Positions 25,811 to 38,202 of a stretch of 64,000 nucleotides of DNA are shown piece by piece. The notes beneath the pieces are model-generated. The model saw only the letters and a list, made by a program, of their open reading frames with translations, was not told the DNA's origin and did no database searches. Made by a program: the position numbers and the translations under genes. Origin of the DNA: Octopus bimaculoides (lineage: Eukaryota); assembly GCF_001194135.2 (NCBI RefSeq), contig NC_068981.1, forward strand, positions 13,748,414-13,812,413, read 5' to 3'. Numbering within the stretch: position 1 is the first letter of the stretch; every line of letters begins with the position of its first letter.

Positions 25811-26030
25811 AAGGGTGGCGAGCTGGCAAAATCGTTAGTACTCCGGGCGAAATGCTTGGTGGTATTTCGTATGCCGCTATGTTCTGAGTTCAAATTCCGC
25901 CGAGGTCAACTTTGCCTTTCATCCTTTCGGGTTCGATGAATTAAGTACTAGTTTCCTACTAGGGGGTCGATCTAATCGACTGGTCCCCTCTCACAAAATT
26001 TCTGGCCTTTTGCCTTGAGTTGAAAAGATT
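25811..26030 (+). mobile_element. SINE family A, full length
   Basis: ggtggcgagctggcaaaatcgttag..gagttcaaattccgccgaggtcaactttgcctttcatcctttcgg. Confidence 0.92.
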
Positions 26031-26063
26031 AGTAAGTCAAGGTAAGGTAGCAAACTGCTTAGC

Positions 26064-27760
26064 TGTGAAGTTAATACGTGAGTTTATGTTGAATTGTTTA
26101 TTGCATTGGTGCCATTGTTGATTGAATTATTGTTTAATTGTTGCCGTTGTTGATTCGTTAGTTGTTGTTTTGTCTCCACATGTGGGAAAATGGAGAATGC
26201 GTCGGAGGCAGGCCCCAGTTATGCGGCCACAACGAGCAAAGGAGTAGACGTGCAAGAGTTGGAGGTCCGAAAAATAAAAGTGGAGCCCAGAAAGATGAAG
26301 GAGAGTGAAAACTTAATCACTAAGGAAGGTAACATACTGAAGCTAACGCCACCGGAAGAGTTATCGGCCAACACGTTAAAAGGAACGGTAACATTTAAAA
26401 CCATGAAGAGAGCTAATAGGAAAATAGAGATTGCGCCGATAGAAGCCATAGAGGAATGTATCAAGGAATTGAAGAGAGTTACAACATATGTTACGAGAGG
26501 GAGGAGATACGACACTGTGGAGTTGCGCTTCACAACGGAGGAGGAAGTAATAAAGCACCCCACAGAGGCAATAAGGACAGACGAATGGGTGCTCTTGCCT
26601 TCGTACTGCGGCAAACGTGTGGCCAAGGTGTGAGTGGGTAAGGTGCCACCCAAATTAAAGGAGGAATGGCTGATGACAGCCATAAGGTATAACATGAAAG
26701 GCGGGAAGATTCTGAAGGCTACAAGGACCCAGAAGGTGAATTACTGGGAATATGGTATCGAATTAACGATTCAGGTAACAACGGAGGACTTGAATAGTGT
26801 GGGGGATGAGATTGTGCTTCCAGATGTGAAGCTGAGAGTTATTGTGGAGGGTAGGCCGCCAGTGTGTTTCTCATGTGGAGAAAGGGACCACATGAAGGCA
26901 TGGTGCACCCAAAGAAAGCCACAAACAGAACAGGAGGAGAGACATGAGAGTGTGGACCGAGTAGTACAGGACAAGGCAACAGAAAAAGAAACGGAGAAGG
27001 GATTCACTATAGTTAGAAAGAAAAAAAAAGGAGGAGTGGAGGAATGAGTTCTCCGCCAGAGAAGCAGAAAAAGAAGAGAGAAGAGGTGAGAAAAGAAACT
27101 GTGAAGGAGGGCAGTAGGAAGGAAAAAGAAAGTAAAAAGAAAGTGGAGTTACCAGTGGAGAAAGAGTTGGAAACCCAACTGTATGAAGGTGAGATGGAGA
27201 GACTATTTATAGGGGAAGAAAAAAGAGAACCAAAAGTCCAAGAGAAAGGAAAGGAAGATGCGAAGAGGAGAAGGAATATGGTATTATGTAACATACCCCA
27301 AAAATATTGAAACAGAAAAAAAAAAAATTCAAGTTACACTCAATAGTAAGAGTGACGGTGCCTTCATACGTCTACGAAGAGGATATGAAGGCAATATTGA
27401 TAGAAGAGGAAAACTACAGAAAACTGAAAGAGATGTGTGGAGATAACTCTGACCCGCCTGGAGTGGAGGTGGAATTTAAAGAGTTGCCACCAGTGGTGGA
27501 TTTAAGAGATATCGAACCACTAATGGAGCTCCACTCAAGACAAGTATGAAATAAAAAAAAAGAACAATTATAAATAATACATATAACGGTTCAAATGGTA
27601 CTGCGTGGAAGTGGGGCCCATACGTCCATTTTCATTTTTTCATTTTTATATAACTTCCATTTTACTTATATTCGATTTATGGTTTTTGTCCCCACTGTAG
27701 CCTTGTCTGTCCTTGTATTGTCCCCATTTATGTTTACGGTTTTATGCCTAATAAAGAAAT
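26064..27760 (+). mobile_element. ORF1-only (gag-like) Tx1/L1-type retroelement
   Basis: ORF from 26190 (MENASEAGPSYAA..) with one in-frame TGA at 26631, CCHC zinc knuckle CFSCGERDHMKAWC, K/E-rich frameshifted tail to about 27549, 3' UTR with AATAAA at 27750. No EN or RT seen. Confidence 0.8.
26190..27047 (+). pseudogene. Retroelement ORF1 (nucleic-acid-binding, CX2CX4HX4C), disrupted
   Basis: ORFs 26190-26633 and 26634-27047 are in the same frame, separated by GTG TGA GTG (plausibly a CGA>TGA CpG decay). Confidence 0.75.
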
Positions 27761-27940
27761 CGGTATTTCGTCTGCCGTTACGTTACGTTCTGAGTTCAAA
27801 TTCCGTAGTTGTCGATTTTGCCTTTCATCCTTTCGGATCCGACAAATCATGTATAAGTTACACACTGGGGTCGATGTAATCGACTTAATCCCCTCCCCTA
27901 AAATTTCAGGCCTTGTGCTTATAGTAGAAAGGACTATTAA
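27761..27940 (+). mobile_element. SINE family A, 3' portion (5' portion at 26039-26063)
   Basis: Begins cggtatttcgtctgccgttacg; the preceding consensus bases tgcttagc are found at 26056-26063. Confidence 0.85.
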
Positions 27941-27950
27941 TCAAAATCAA

Positions 27951-28122
27951 AGGCGGCGAGATGGCAGAATTATTAGCAGGCCGGACAAAACGCTTACTGG
28001 CATTTTGTTTGTTTTAAGTTCAAATTCCGCCGAGGTCGACAACCTAAGTACCAGTTAAGCTCTGGGTTGATGTAATCGGCTTAGACCCAGCTCAAAATTG
28101 CTAGTCTTGTACCAAAAAGTTT
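27951..28122 (+). mobile_element. SINE family A with internal deletion
   Basis: aggcggcgagatggcagaat..caaattccgccgaggtcgac|aacctaagtaccagtt. Confidence 0.85.
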
Positions 28123-29497
28123 CTACAATTCTTTCTTGTTCTAATTTTTGTATGTTTTAAAGTATTTCAAATTTTCTATTCTTTTTTAATGAAATTTTTA
28201 ATCCATCAATTGTATAATATCCTCACTACTTCTGTTTCCGTATTACTTTGCTCGGTGTAATACGTATACCGGAGCTTCATATTTTTCTTTGTGTTTATTG
28301 CGCATTTTATTGGATGTTTTGAGCAACATTGCAATTAACATAATCTGTTGTTGTTGTTGTTGTCTGTGGTGTTCATTGGTTGTTTTGTTGTTGGAGTGAC
28401 AAGACGTGTCTTTTCAAGCTCTGACATTTTTGGATTCCCCACAATTAACTGAAAACAAAGAAAAAAGAAAGTAACCTTCAAAATCTCAATGTTTGGGATT
28501 ATTTTACAAAGAACAGATTTTACAACAAAGTAGCATTTTTATTTTGCGACAGACTTTAAAGGGTCGTATTTTAATCCACTTTATTTATTTCTTTTTATTT
28601 TATTTTTGTTTTACAAACGTCGACATTAAAAATATAATTGTCGGACACACCCCACTAGAAAATATGTGAACAGAATGTGATTGTTTATAAAAAAAAAAAA
28701 AAAGAAATGGAACGCAAATGGGATACAGTAATTTAAAATAGGTACATATAAAATATGACCCGTCAATATCACAGAAAATATTGCACAACGATAAGAACGG
28801 CACTATCATTGCAAGCCCTAACTCAGAGGCACAGAATTTCTTCAGCAAAAGTACTGATATTGCAAATAGGGTCAGTTTTTCCCGCTACAAAAAGCAGATG
28901 GATACCTTTGATACGAGAATTTTTCGTAGTAAGTGACGCTTGGATGCGCAATGTCACTCTAAACTGCACATCTTAACTCGAGCAGTTTGTGCAACAGTGA
29001 GCAAAGAGCATGATTATCTATGTGCACGAGTGTGTGCGTTTGGAGTATTTTTATGACTGTGAAAGCCTCCGGTTACCTCAAAAACACTTAGTGGAATATC
29101 TTTTAATGAAATAAGAGAAAATTCCCGTTGAATGTGATAGGGGATGCGTGTCTGAAGATGCGATTTACTGGTCCGAAAATGGATCCCAGAAATAAGTTGA
29201 CATAAAAAGATAGATCCGTTAATGTAAATGTGTTCCAGTATTTACAACAGAGTAACAGAAAAGAGTGGTTCTGGATCACAGGAAAAATATTGATTACTTA
29301 TGCGTTTTAACATTTCCTTTGCAGTTTTGATAATCGGTGAGAAGGGAACGAATGGTGACACGTGGTTAGTTGGGTTGAAGATAGACAAGGTCATCGTGGA
29401 ACTGTAGCAAGTGAAAGTGCTGAAACAAATGGCACGATACTCTTTATGCAGAGCAAAGGGCCCAGTTGTCGTAATTACGATGATAAAAAGAAAGTGA

Positions 29498-29792
29498 AGG
29501 CGCGTGGTTTCGGTATTAGGCTCACAACAGTTCTATTTCTGTTGGTACGTTGTGGCCTTGAGCAAAACGATTTATTTCACATGGCTCCGTTCCACTCAGC
29601 TGTCAAAAATTATTTCTAGTAATTCAAAGAGCTAGCCTTGTCACATATATCTCGCTGAATCTTCCTGAAAACTAACTAAAGAGTATGCGTGTCTGTGGAG
29701 TGCTCAACCACTTGCACGTTAATTTTACGAACACGCTGTTTCGTTGATCAGATCTACTCGAACCCCCGTCGTCGCAACCGACGGAGCACCAA
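29498..29792 (+). mobile_element. SINE family B'
   Basis: tgtggccttgagcaaaacg core, then the B-type tail gctagccttgtcaca..gtctgtggagtgctcaaccacttgcacgttaatt..gtcgtcgcaaccgacggag. Confidence 0.85.
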
Positions 29793-30599
29793 TTAAGATA
29801 TTTATCAAAAAAGTAGAGATGCAGAGCATTAGATGTACGCGATAAAACTTAGGTTTGCCTAAGTTCGCTAATATAACGAAACTGAGAAACTAAATTGTGT
29901 TTCTCATTTTGGAAAGGTTAAAGTGTATGTTATCGTGAAAATGGATTCCGAAGTGGAATACAAGAACGTCAAAAGAAACATTAAAATGCTCTTGCAGTGT
30001 CTACATCCAAATTTAAGAAACCAAAAATTTGTATGACATTGCTACTAATTAATTTTCCCCGTCTGATTCACAGTAGCTACTGTATGTTGAGAGATGAGAC
30101 ATTGAGGAATATTCAAACATAGAAATGTTAAGTAGTAGGTGTATTTTGGCCAACAAAAGAATATTTCAGTATATCGATGTAATTATTGGGTGTTTTTATG
30201 TCATATTTTAAGTTATTCTACGTAACTGAGTTGCGATTATATATTCTTTAATTATATTTTTCCATACTTAAATTTTTTCAGTTCGCATACCAGTAACATT
30301 TTTGTTCTACCACACGTCGTTCTTTTAAGGCACTGTTTAGCATTTTATGTTCTTATATGTATGTATGAAATGGTACATTCTTGCCTTCGTGGTTACAGAA
30401 ATTTCTGTTATTATAATCAATGTCACATTTTGAAACGGACCGACGTCACCTACGCCTTTTATTCTTCCGGAGTTGCGAATATAAAGAATTAGTTTAGTAT
30501 TAGATTAGATATAATAACCTTAATCATCCCTCCACAAAAAGGAAATAAAAATCATGTACTGTTACTGTTAGAAGCTATTAAATGTGGGGTATTGGTAGA

Positions 30600-31140
30600 A
30601 TCAAGAGCCATCGACGTTCGACTCCAAAGATTCTGAAATCAAATACATTTGAGGGCAACTTTGCCTTTAAAATTCTTGCAACCTATAAATTAATGTACTG
30701 GTTTAGAACAAGGGTAGATTTAATCGCCAAGCCTTTCGCGAAAATAGATCATGACTTGTGTCTATATTAGAAGCACTTATTATTTCTATAAAAAATAGAT
30801 TAGCAGGATCGTTAAAACGTCAGACAAAACGTCGTTCGGGAATCATATCCCTGAAAGGTTAAATTTCCATTTTATCATACCAGTGAACTGTAAACATCGA
30901 TTTATCATCACCCAAAAACTTCAGATTTGTACCTATGTTAGAAACCTTTCGACGGCTGTTGATTCGCTGCAGCGTCGGACAAAATATTTCATGAAATTTA
31001 TTCCAGCTTATTACGTTAAGGGTTTAAATATCATCCTTCTAGGTTCAGTAAGAAAAAAAAATACCAGTTAAGTAGTGCCATCAAAACAGTTAACTAATAC
31101 CTTCCTAAAATTGCTGGACTTGTACTTTATTTTAAAATTA
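30600..31140 (+). mobile_element. Two highly degenerate family A-like SINE copies
   Basis: Remnant motifs gagggcaactttgccttt and ataccagtt..aaaattgctggacttgt. Confidence 0.45.
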
Positions 31141-31465
31141 CCAATAGTAGTAGTATGACAAAATTCTTACAATGCCAGATAATGTATTTTGCGTTAGTTC
31201 GTTGCCTAACTTAATTCTCTAAGTCGACAACCATCGTAGTCAACTTTACTTTTCATTTATTTTCGACACACACACACAAACACACACGAAATTAGAATGA
31301 CTCCCGAATAAGAAATTATATCATGGTCTTACAATTTCTTATTGCTATGTCATTCTAACTTCGTATTACTACTCTGTACGCGAAAGCGTTTTGTTCTGAA
31401 GCCAATGTATATTCAATTCTATCAACAGGTTATTAGTATCACTACACGTAAGTGAAATCATAATA

Positions 31466-31684
31466 ATAATAATATTTTCTACTGGAAGCACAAAGTTCTC
31501 AAATATGGGGGAAGGGATCAAGTCGATTGCGTCAACCCCAATGCGGATCTAGTACTTCTTTTTCATCGACCCCGAAAGAATGAAAGTCAAAGTCGATCTC
31601 GGTGGAATTTGAACTCAGAACGCCACGACATGCGAAATACCATTAAGCATTGCTTCCGGCGTGCTAACGACTCTGCCAGCTCGC
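31466..31684 (-). mobile_element. SINE family A, full length
   Basis: Reverse complement of the consensus, including gagctggcagagtcgttagcacgccgg. Confidence 0.9.
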
Positions 31685-32444
31685 AGTCGTGATGATCATA
31701 ATAATAATAGGGACCTGTTGAACGGCATAGGCAACCAGACCTAAAGAAAATTCTAACTGGGCCCCCACCTGCGAGGTCATGCGTTGTTTATCTTGATATG
31801 AGATCACCATTTCGCGCACATATGTTTGTAATGCATGTGCCTGGTGTACACTTATCAGACGGGTAGTTATGATGGGTATATTGGGCTTCGTATATTTTAA
31901 CGCATGCATTTGATGGCATGCATTGCTCTCTCATTCAACAATAATAATAATATATATCTATATTGTATGAGGAAATCTATTTCAGTCTAGCACTATACCA
32001 CATAACCGTCACCAGTTCTGAAATCTTATTGATCGAATGTTAGAAGATATTATTTTTATTGATTTTATTTGTGGAGTTCTTATTATTTTAGGAATGACAA
32101 CGAACGTTAACTTTTCTAAAATTCTAAGTATAATTAAAATTGTTATTTTAATCACCGCCATATGATTGGCACTGTTTTGTTTTAATTTTCCGCAACATTT
32201 AGACCTGGCTTCGCCTAGTCTTCTGCTTCTCTGTTACCTCGCTTCTGTTTATCTTTAATTAGATACGCTTGCTATATTAATAAGAATAACACAACTACGT
32301 TTTCATTGGCGAGGATCTCTAACTTTATCTATTGAGGTTCTGTGTTCAAATACGAAATGCTTTGTTAATGTCAGTGAACGCTTTGCTAATGTCAGAGCTA
32401 AAGTGAACCTAAAACTCTCGCATTACGCTGTTAACTTTGTCACA

Positions 32445-32637
32445 TGACTAAATGGTTCGGGGTATTCGGCTCAGGATTTGTAAGGTCGTGAGTTCGATAA
32501 CCGGCTGCATGTTGTGTCCTTGAACAAAACCCTTTATTGCACTTTGCTTCAGTCAATGCAGGTAACAAAAATGAGGAGTGCCTGTAATTAAAAGTGCCAG
32601 TCTTATCACATAGTGTGTCACACTGAATCTTCCTGAA
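32445..32637 (+). mobile_element. SINE family B', truncated where the LINE begins
   Basis: Head ctaaatggttcggggtattcggctca..gagttcgat, core gttgtgtccttgaacaaaac, tail start ..cactgaatcttcctga. Confidence 0.8.
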
Positions 32638-32659
32638 TTTTTGTAGATTGGAGGATAGA

Positions 32660-34822
32660 TATTTTATCTTCCAATCCCATTACAAGTGCGCAAAACCACA
32701 CAACGGCTGCGAGAAATTTATTTCTCCATGCCAACCAGGAGGAGGGAGTGGTGTCGCGATTCTACTGAGAAAAAAATCTGGCTTTTGAGACTGGTACAAT
32801 CTTTATTGACCCGGAAGGCGGGTTGGTCATCCTTGATGTGACGTTCAGCAGTGGTAAGACTCTCAAGCTGGTAGGTGTCTACGCACCCCACTATTTTAGA
32901 AACCTAGAAAATTTCTTAAGCACGTCTCATGCTTTTAGCATTATTAGATGACTTTAACAGAATCTGCGATGCGCGCTTAGTTTATTTTGGCTGGAATCCA
33001 AATAGGAGGGGTAACCCATGCCTCACCGATGTACTCAGTCGATTTCAGTTGGCAGACCGGTATAGACTAGAATTTCCGGACGCTCCAGTGTGGACATGGA
33101 CGAACAGCAACGGGTCTTCTAGATATTACTTAGATAGGATTATAGTTAGATGTAAGGATATGAATATAGCTAGTTGCCTACAACTACATTATGTCAGCTA
33201 CAGCGATCACAAACGTGTGTCCTGTACGCTTGACTTAGGATATGTAGATAGGGACCCGGCTGCTGGAAACTCAAGCGGTCGCTTTTGTCCTGTGAGGAGT
33301 ACAGGAACCGGATTAGTCAGCTAGTGAAGAGGGCACTAACCGGTGCCATTATTAAAAAGAAATGGTGGAAGCCCTCAAAAGAGCCATCACGTTTGAGTCA
33401 GTCAGGTTTAGTAATGAATTAGCAACTAAGAAGAACAGAGTAGAAAGGGACTTAGTTAAGGCACTGGAAGAGGCATTGCGGACTGGTAGTGCGTCCCAAA
33501 TTTTAGTTGCGAGATTGGCGCTCGACCAACACTTTGAGGTTAAACATGAGGGGTGCATTGTTAGAACTAAGCTTGGTGCAATGGGACGAGAGGGGATCAA
33601 CGCTGCAAAATGGGCCTGTATGGGAGATACCACAATAAGGTCTATGACGAATCAACACGAGCAGTTGGTAAACGAACCCGAAGAGATGTGCAAAGTTTTT
33701 TACGAGCATTTCGATTAGATTTTCGGAAGGGGCGCTGGACCGGAGCACAGGATACACCTTACGGACTTCCGCGCCGGTTTGCTGCGTCTCTCGGGGCGAG
33801 AAGCGGAATGCTGTGAAGAGCCGATTACAGCTGCGGAAATAGAGGATGCCTTGTCAGATTGTCGTGAGGACAGGTCGCCGGGATTGGGTAGTCGTCCCTA
33901 TAAGCTATATAATAGCATGCCAGAATTGTTTAGGCACTTGACGTCTTGCATCTTCACCATTTGGCTGCAGAATGGGTTCACACCCAAATCTGTGAGCCGG
34001 GAAGTGGTGACGCTGCTAAGGAAGGACACAGACGAAGGGGATCTAGTGAATAACTTTCGGCCCATCACTCTGTCCAACGGAGAGTTGAAGATTTTTGGCC
34101 AAGGTATAAGCGAAAAATTGGCCCTGGTCGTGGGTGGACTCGTCGGGGAGGTGCAAACTTGCGCCATCCCCGGCCGGTCCATACACAATCCCCATCTTAC
34201 GCACTATACTTTAGTGTGGGCAAGGATGGTACACTGGTCCATTTAGACCATGCTAAAGCTTTCAATAGGGTAGACCATCGGTATCTAGTAACGATTCTCG
34301 CGGCGATCGGGTTGAGCCCGATCTTTCGCAGTTGGATCACTGCCTTATACAACATCGATTCGATAGTTCGGGTAAATGGTTTCTTTTCAGAACCATTTTG
34401 TATCATGCTCTCGGTTTGTCAAGGTTGTCCACTCTCTCCGTTTCTGTATGTGTTGACTCTTGAGCCCTTACTGCGAAAGTTGGAGGGTATGAGTGGGATC
34501 CCGCGAGATCTAGGTTGTGGACGATCAATGACGGCGTACACGGATAACATCACCATCATCGTATCTGAGGCTAAACACCCACAGTGGGGAGTTTAAATCG
34601 TTAAAAACACGAGGCGGTGGAAAGAGCAATATTTAACCGGGAAACGTCGGTCGGCTTGCAGATCGTCACCTGGAGAGGGAAGTCGATGCCGCCTAACAGC
34701 GTTGTCGGACGTTGGACGGACGGTCCTGTTAAAATGCTAGGTGTCTGACTCAGCTCAGACCTCCAGTTAGAGAAAAATTGGAGCGAGGTCACGAGAAGTG
34801 TACCCCATGTAACCCAGACCTT
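32660..34822 (+). mobile_element. Tx1/L1-clade LINE ORF2 (APE endonuclease plus RT), frameshifted, truncated at both ends
   Basis: SGVAILL, LVGVYAP, LDDFN (GDFN), WTWTNSNGSSRYYLDRI, SDHK; RT motifs SPG, FRPITL, LDHAKAFNRVDH, QGCPLSP, YTDN (YADD). Confidence 0.93.
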
Positions 34823-35212
34823 GTCATACGTTTAATTTCATACGTTTAATTTCCTCTTTAATGAACATCGCATCACTTTAGCTTATATGTATTCATAGCA
34901 AACGCGTTTCATTGATGTCAGGGGAATTGGAGCGTATTTATCATGAAGACACTATTTATAGAGGAAAGGGAAGATCTCTGATGGCGAAAACCAATTGCGA
35001 ATGGATATTCACGTTTGAATCTGGCTCAACGTATTGAGAACGAATATATACATTATAATCCTTATTCTCGCTCTACTGCGTGCACCTCGGGAAGGATCCT
35101 TATTAACTCTCTGAATGGGGATCATTCTCAAGCTGCACGAGAATAACAAGCCTTGAGCTACTATTAGAAAGGATCACTATTATCATTGTTGTTACGATTT
35201 TTGAGGCAGTGA

Positions 35213-35445
35213 ACTGACAAAATCGTTAACAATTCGCACAAAATGATTAGGGTTATTTCCTTCAACTCTTTACCTTATGAATGCAAATTCCGTCGAGGTC
35301 AACCGTAACCTCCATCCTTTCGGAGACAATAAAATAAATCCCAGTTGAATATTTAGGTCAATGTATTTAGTTAACGATTTCTTAAAATATTGCTGGTCTT
35401 GTTCGAAAATTAGTAACCATTATTAGCATTTATTATTACTATCAT
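35213..35445 (+). mobile_element. SINE family A, diverged
   Basis: gaactgacaaaatcgttaac..caaattccgtcgaggtcaacc..ccatcctttcgg. Confidence 0.7.
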
Positions 35446-35469
35446 TATACGTTATCTATTTCATGCATA

Positions 35470-36480
35470 ATTTAATTAGGAGATGTGTTATCCCTAGGTT
35501 TAAAGAATATGTACCTTAACACCTCAAAACTCTTACTTAGTAGTCTTGAAGAAGGCAAGATGACAATTTCTTCTATAAATGTCTCAATTCCAATACTGTT
35601 CATCCTCTTCTGCAAGAATTTGGAAGTTCTACTAGGAAGTTCTACAGGAATAATGTTTCTATTTGTGTTCCACAGTCTCTTCATCTCTCTGACTACTTTT
35701 GATACTCCTGAATAACTCAGTTTATTTGATTTCATCTCTGCTGTCTTACAGAAATAAAATCTATGATCATTAAGTTGTTTTGCTTCTGTTCTCTGATTAT
35801 ATATGGTCGCTTTCTTTTAAGGTTATAAATAGCCTGAAATAGTAAATCCTATAAAATCCGTTAACTTCTACAGCCTCTTGTTCAATCTGTCTGTTACTTC
35901 AAATTCGCAGATATGGTTACCTTCCCAATACTCTCTTTTACCAAAGGAATCATGCTTGCTCTTATTCTCATATTGTGCGAGTTTAATGCTCTCGCAAACG
36001 AGTAGGCGTTAAAGCTTTCGTCTTCTTTTCTATACATTCAACATTTCCGGCTTAATGAACGGCTATAATTAACCACTCAGTTCTTTGTTCCATTGTTCAC
36101 GCTCTAGGTTTGTTTCATGAATAGGCCATGCAATATCTCTGACCCTTTCTTCTTCTTTCTGATCTACTGTTTCAATAACTTCTACAGTATTTCTAGCCTC
36201 AGATAATGGCCCTTCCTCAGTCTGCAAAACATAATGTAGATTTTCAAACCTCAAAGAAGATATCTTCGGCCTTCAACAAATCTCTGATTCCTTTCGTTCT
36301 TGGTAAATAGATTTTGTCAATATTACTTTCAGGTTTTTTCTGTATTACGCATCCGGAGCTACTTCGTATTCTTTCATACAATTCCTGTAACTGTAACTTC
36401 TTATTTCTTAAAAAATGGCGCAGAGAGTTTTTATGCTGACATGACTCCGGCATTGATTACCTTGATGATATTACACCAAC
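35470..36480 (-). mobile_element. R4/Dong-clade (restriction-like endonuclease) non-LTR retrotransposon 3' remnant
   Basis: Minus frames IDKIYLPRTKGIRDLL (resembles RLYLPRxxGGRGL), EQWNKELSG (resembles WKxKxLHG), KLAQYENKSKHD (resembles LAQxEYKxRHD), EMKRLW...IIPV...LL..S..VLR (RLE C-terminus). Confidence 0.7.
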
Positions 36481-38067
36481 TTTATTTCATTTCAAGAACT
36501 TTCCTATGATTTGTTGTCGTTGCATAATTTTCTTTTCATTTCTTTTCCCATTAACCTTTCAGTATGCAGTACCTCTAGGCACTTGTACCGTTCTTTTCCA
36601 TTTATCTAATAATATCATCTTGTGGTATGGTTATCCATACAAATGTAGAATCTTGACCTTTCTTCATATCAAATATTGTACATTTCTTCCTCTAAATTAC
36701 TGACTACTTTGCTACTAATTATTCTTACTGTTTGAACAAGAGAATCCGATTCGTTCCCATTTCGGCGTTTATAATCATCCATATAATACAAATGTTTATT
36801 TTCTCCTTTATTGTAGCAAGCTCATCTACAGATTTAAATTTTCAGTATACTTTTGAAAGGGATCGACACAAATGTATAATATAAAGCCTTGTGCCTATAA
36901 CAGAAAGGATTGCTATTGTAACAAGTATCATCTTAGTTGTTGGTAACGTTGCTTATTATACAAGGGAGGATCGTGAGCAGTTAGTCGTCAGAAATATTTT
37001 GCAGTATGTAATTCCACCACTTTAAACGCTGTATCTTTAAAAAAACAAAAAAAACAAAACAAAAACAAGAGCGTATAGTGACACATTAATTCGTTAAAAT
37101 AACAGTAATGTTGAGCGGTGATTTTCATTTAATGTACTCACTCTCCAGATAGTATAACGATGTTAAATATTAGAAATTTATAATTTTCCGTTAATCGATT
37201 TTTACAGAAAGTAGCATTACAATATTTAAACAGATTTCAACATTTGGAAAATTGTTTAATTAACTTACTTGTCTGTAAACATTATTAGAAAGGTGTAAAC
37301 AAACGAAGACAACAAAAATTTTCGTTATCAAAATGTTTTATTGTGTATAAACTCAACAGATCAGTAACGTGCTCAAAATATACAAGTGACATTTGTTGTA
37401 GATGCACTCACCTTTCACATTTTATATATATATATATATATATATNNNNNNNNNNNNNNNNNNNNNNNNNNNNNNNNNNNNNNNNNNNNNNNNNNNNNNN
37501 NNNNNNNNNNNNNNNNNNNNNNNNNNNNNNNNNNNNNNNNNNNNNNATATATATAGATGTGTGTGTAAGTATATATTTATGTATTACATGTTATCCAATC
37601 AGTTTTTCCCAGTACAAATAAGTTACAATAGATTTGATAGACCAATCAATAAATCGAAGATACCGTGTTTCACGCACGCCGTTCAATATTTGACATGATC
37701 TTTCAGCGGAGATATCAGTGTGAGGGCCGGAACAATATCCATTGAAAACTATAGCGCTCATTAGCAAGAACAAAAAAAGAAAAAAAAAACGTTTACAGAA
37801 ATAAGATAAAAATGGAAATATAGGATTTTAATAAATTAAAACGAAAGTTTCTGATCAGACTTATTAGGGTAAGACGATAATGTAAAATCATACATTTGCC
37901 AAAAACAAAAAAAATATAAAATAAAATAAAATAATAATAAAAACCGGAAAATCAGCGCGTTAGTAACATCCATCGTTCTCACCTTCTGTCACATGATCAA
38001 TATCACCATGATTATCACCATCACCGTCAGCAATTGTATTTCGAAATATAATTACAATTGTATTTCC

Positions 38068-38142
<75 letters not shown>

Positions 38143-38153
38143 CATTATTATTA

Positions 38154-38202
<49 letters not shown>
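38068..38202. repeat. (TAT)n microsatellite
   Basis: Direct reading. Confidence 0.97.

Noticed and set aside
26064-34822. ORF1 (26 kb) and ORF2 (32.7 kb) as one disrupted LINE
   Set aside because: The ORF1 element has its own 3' UTR, AATAAA and a resolved target site, and 5 kb of unrelated sequence separates them.
37707-37764. Plus-strand acceptor followed by GDISVRAGTISIENYSAH*
   Set aside because: Short, unrecognised and without partner exons; indistinguishable from chance.
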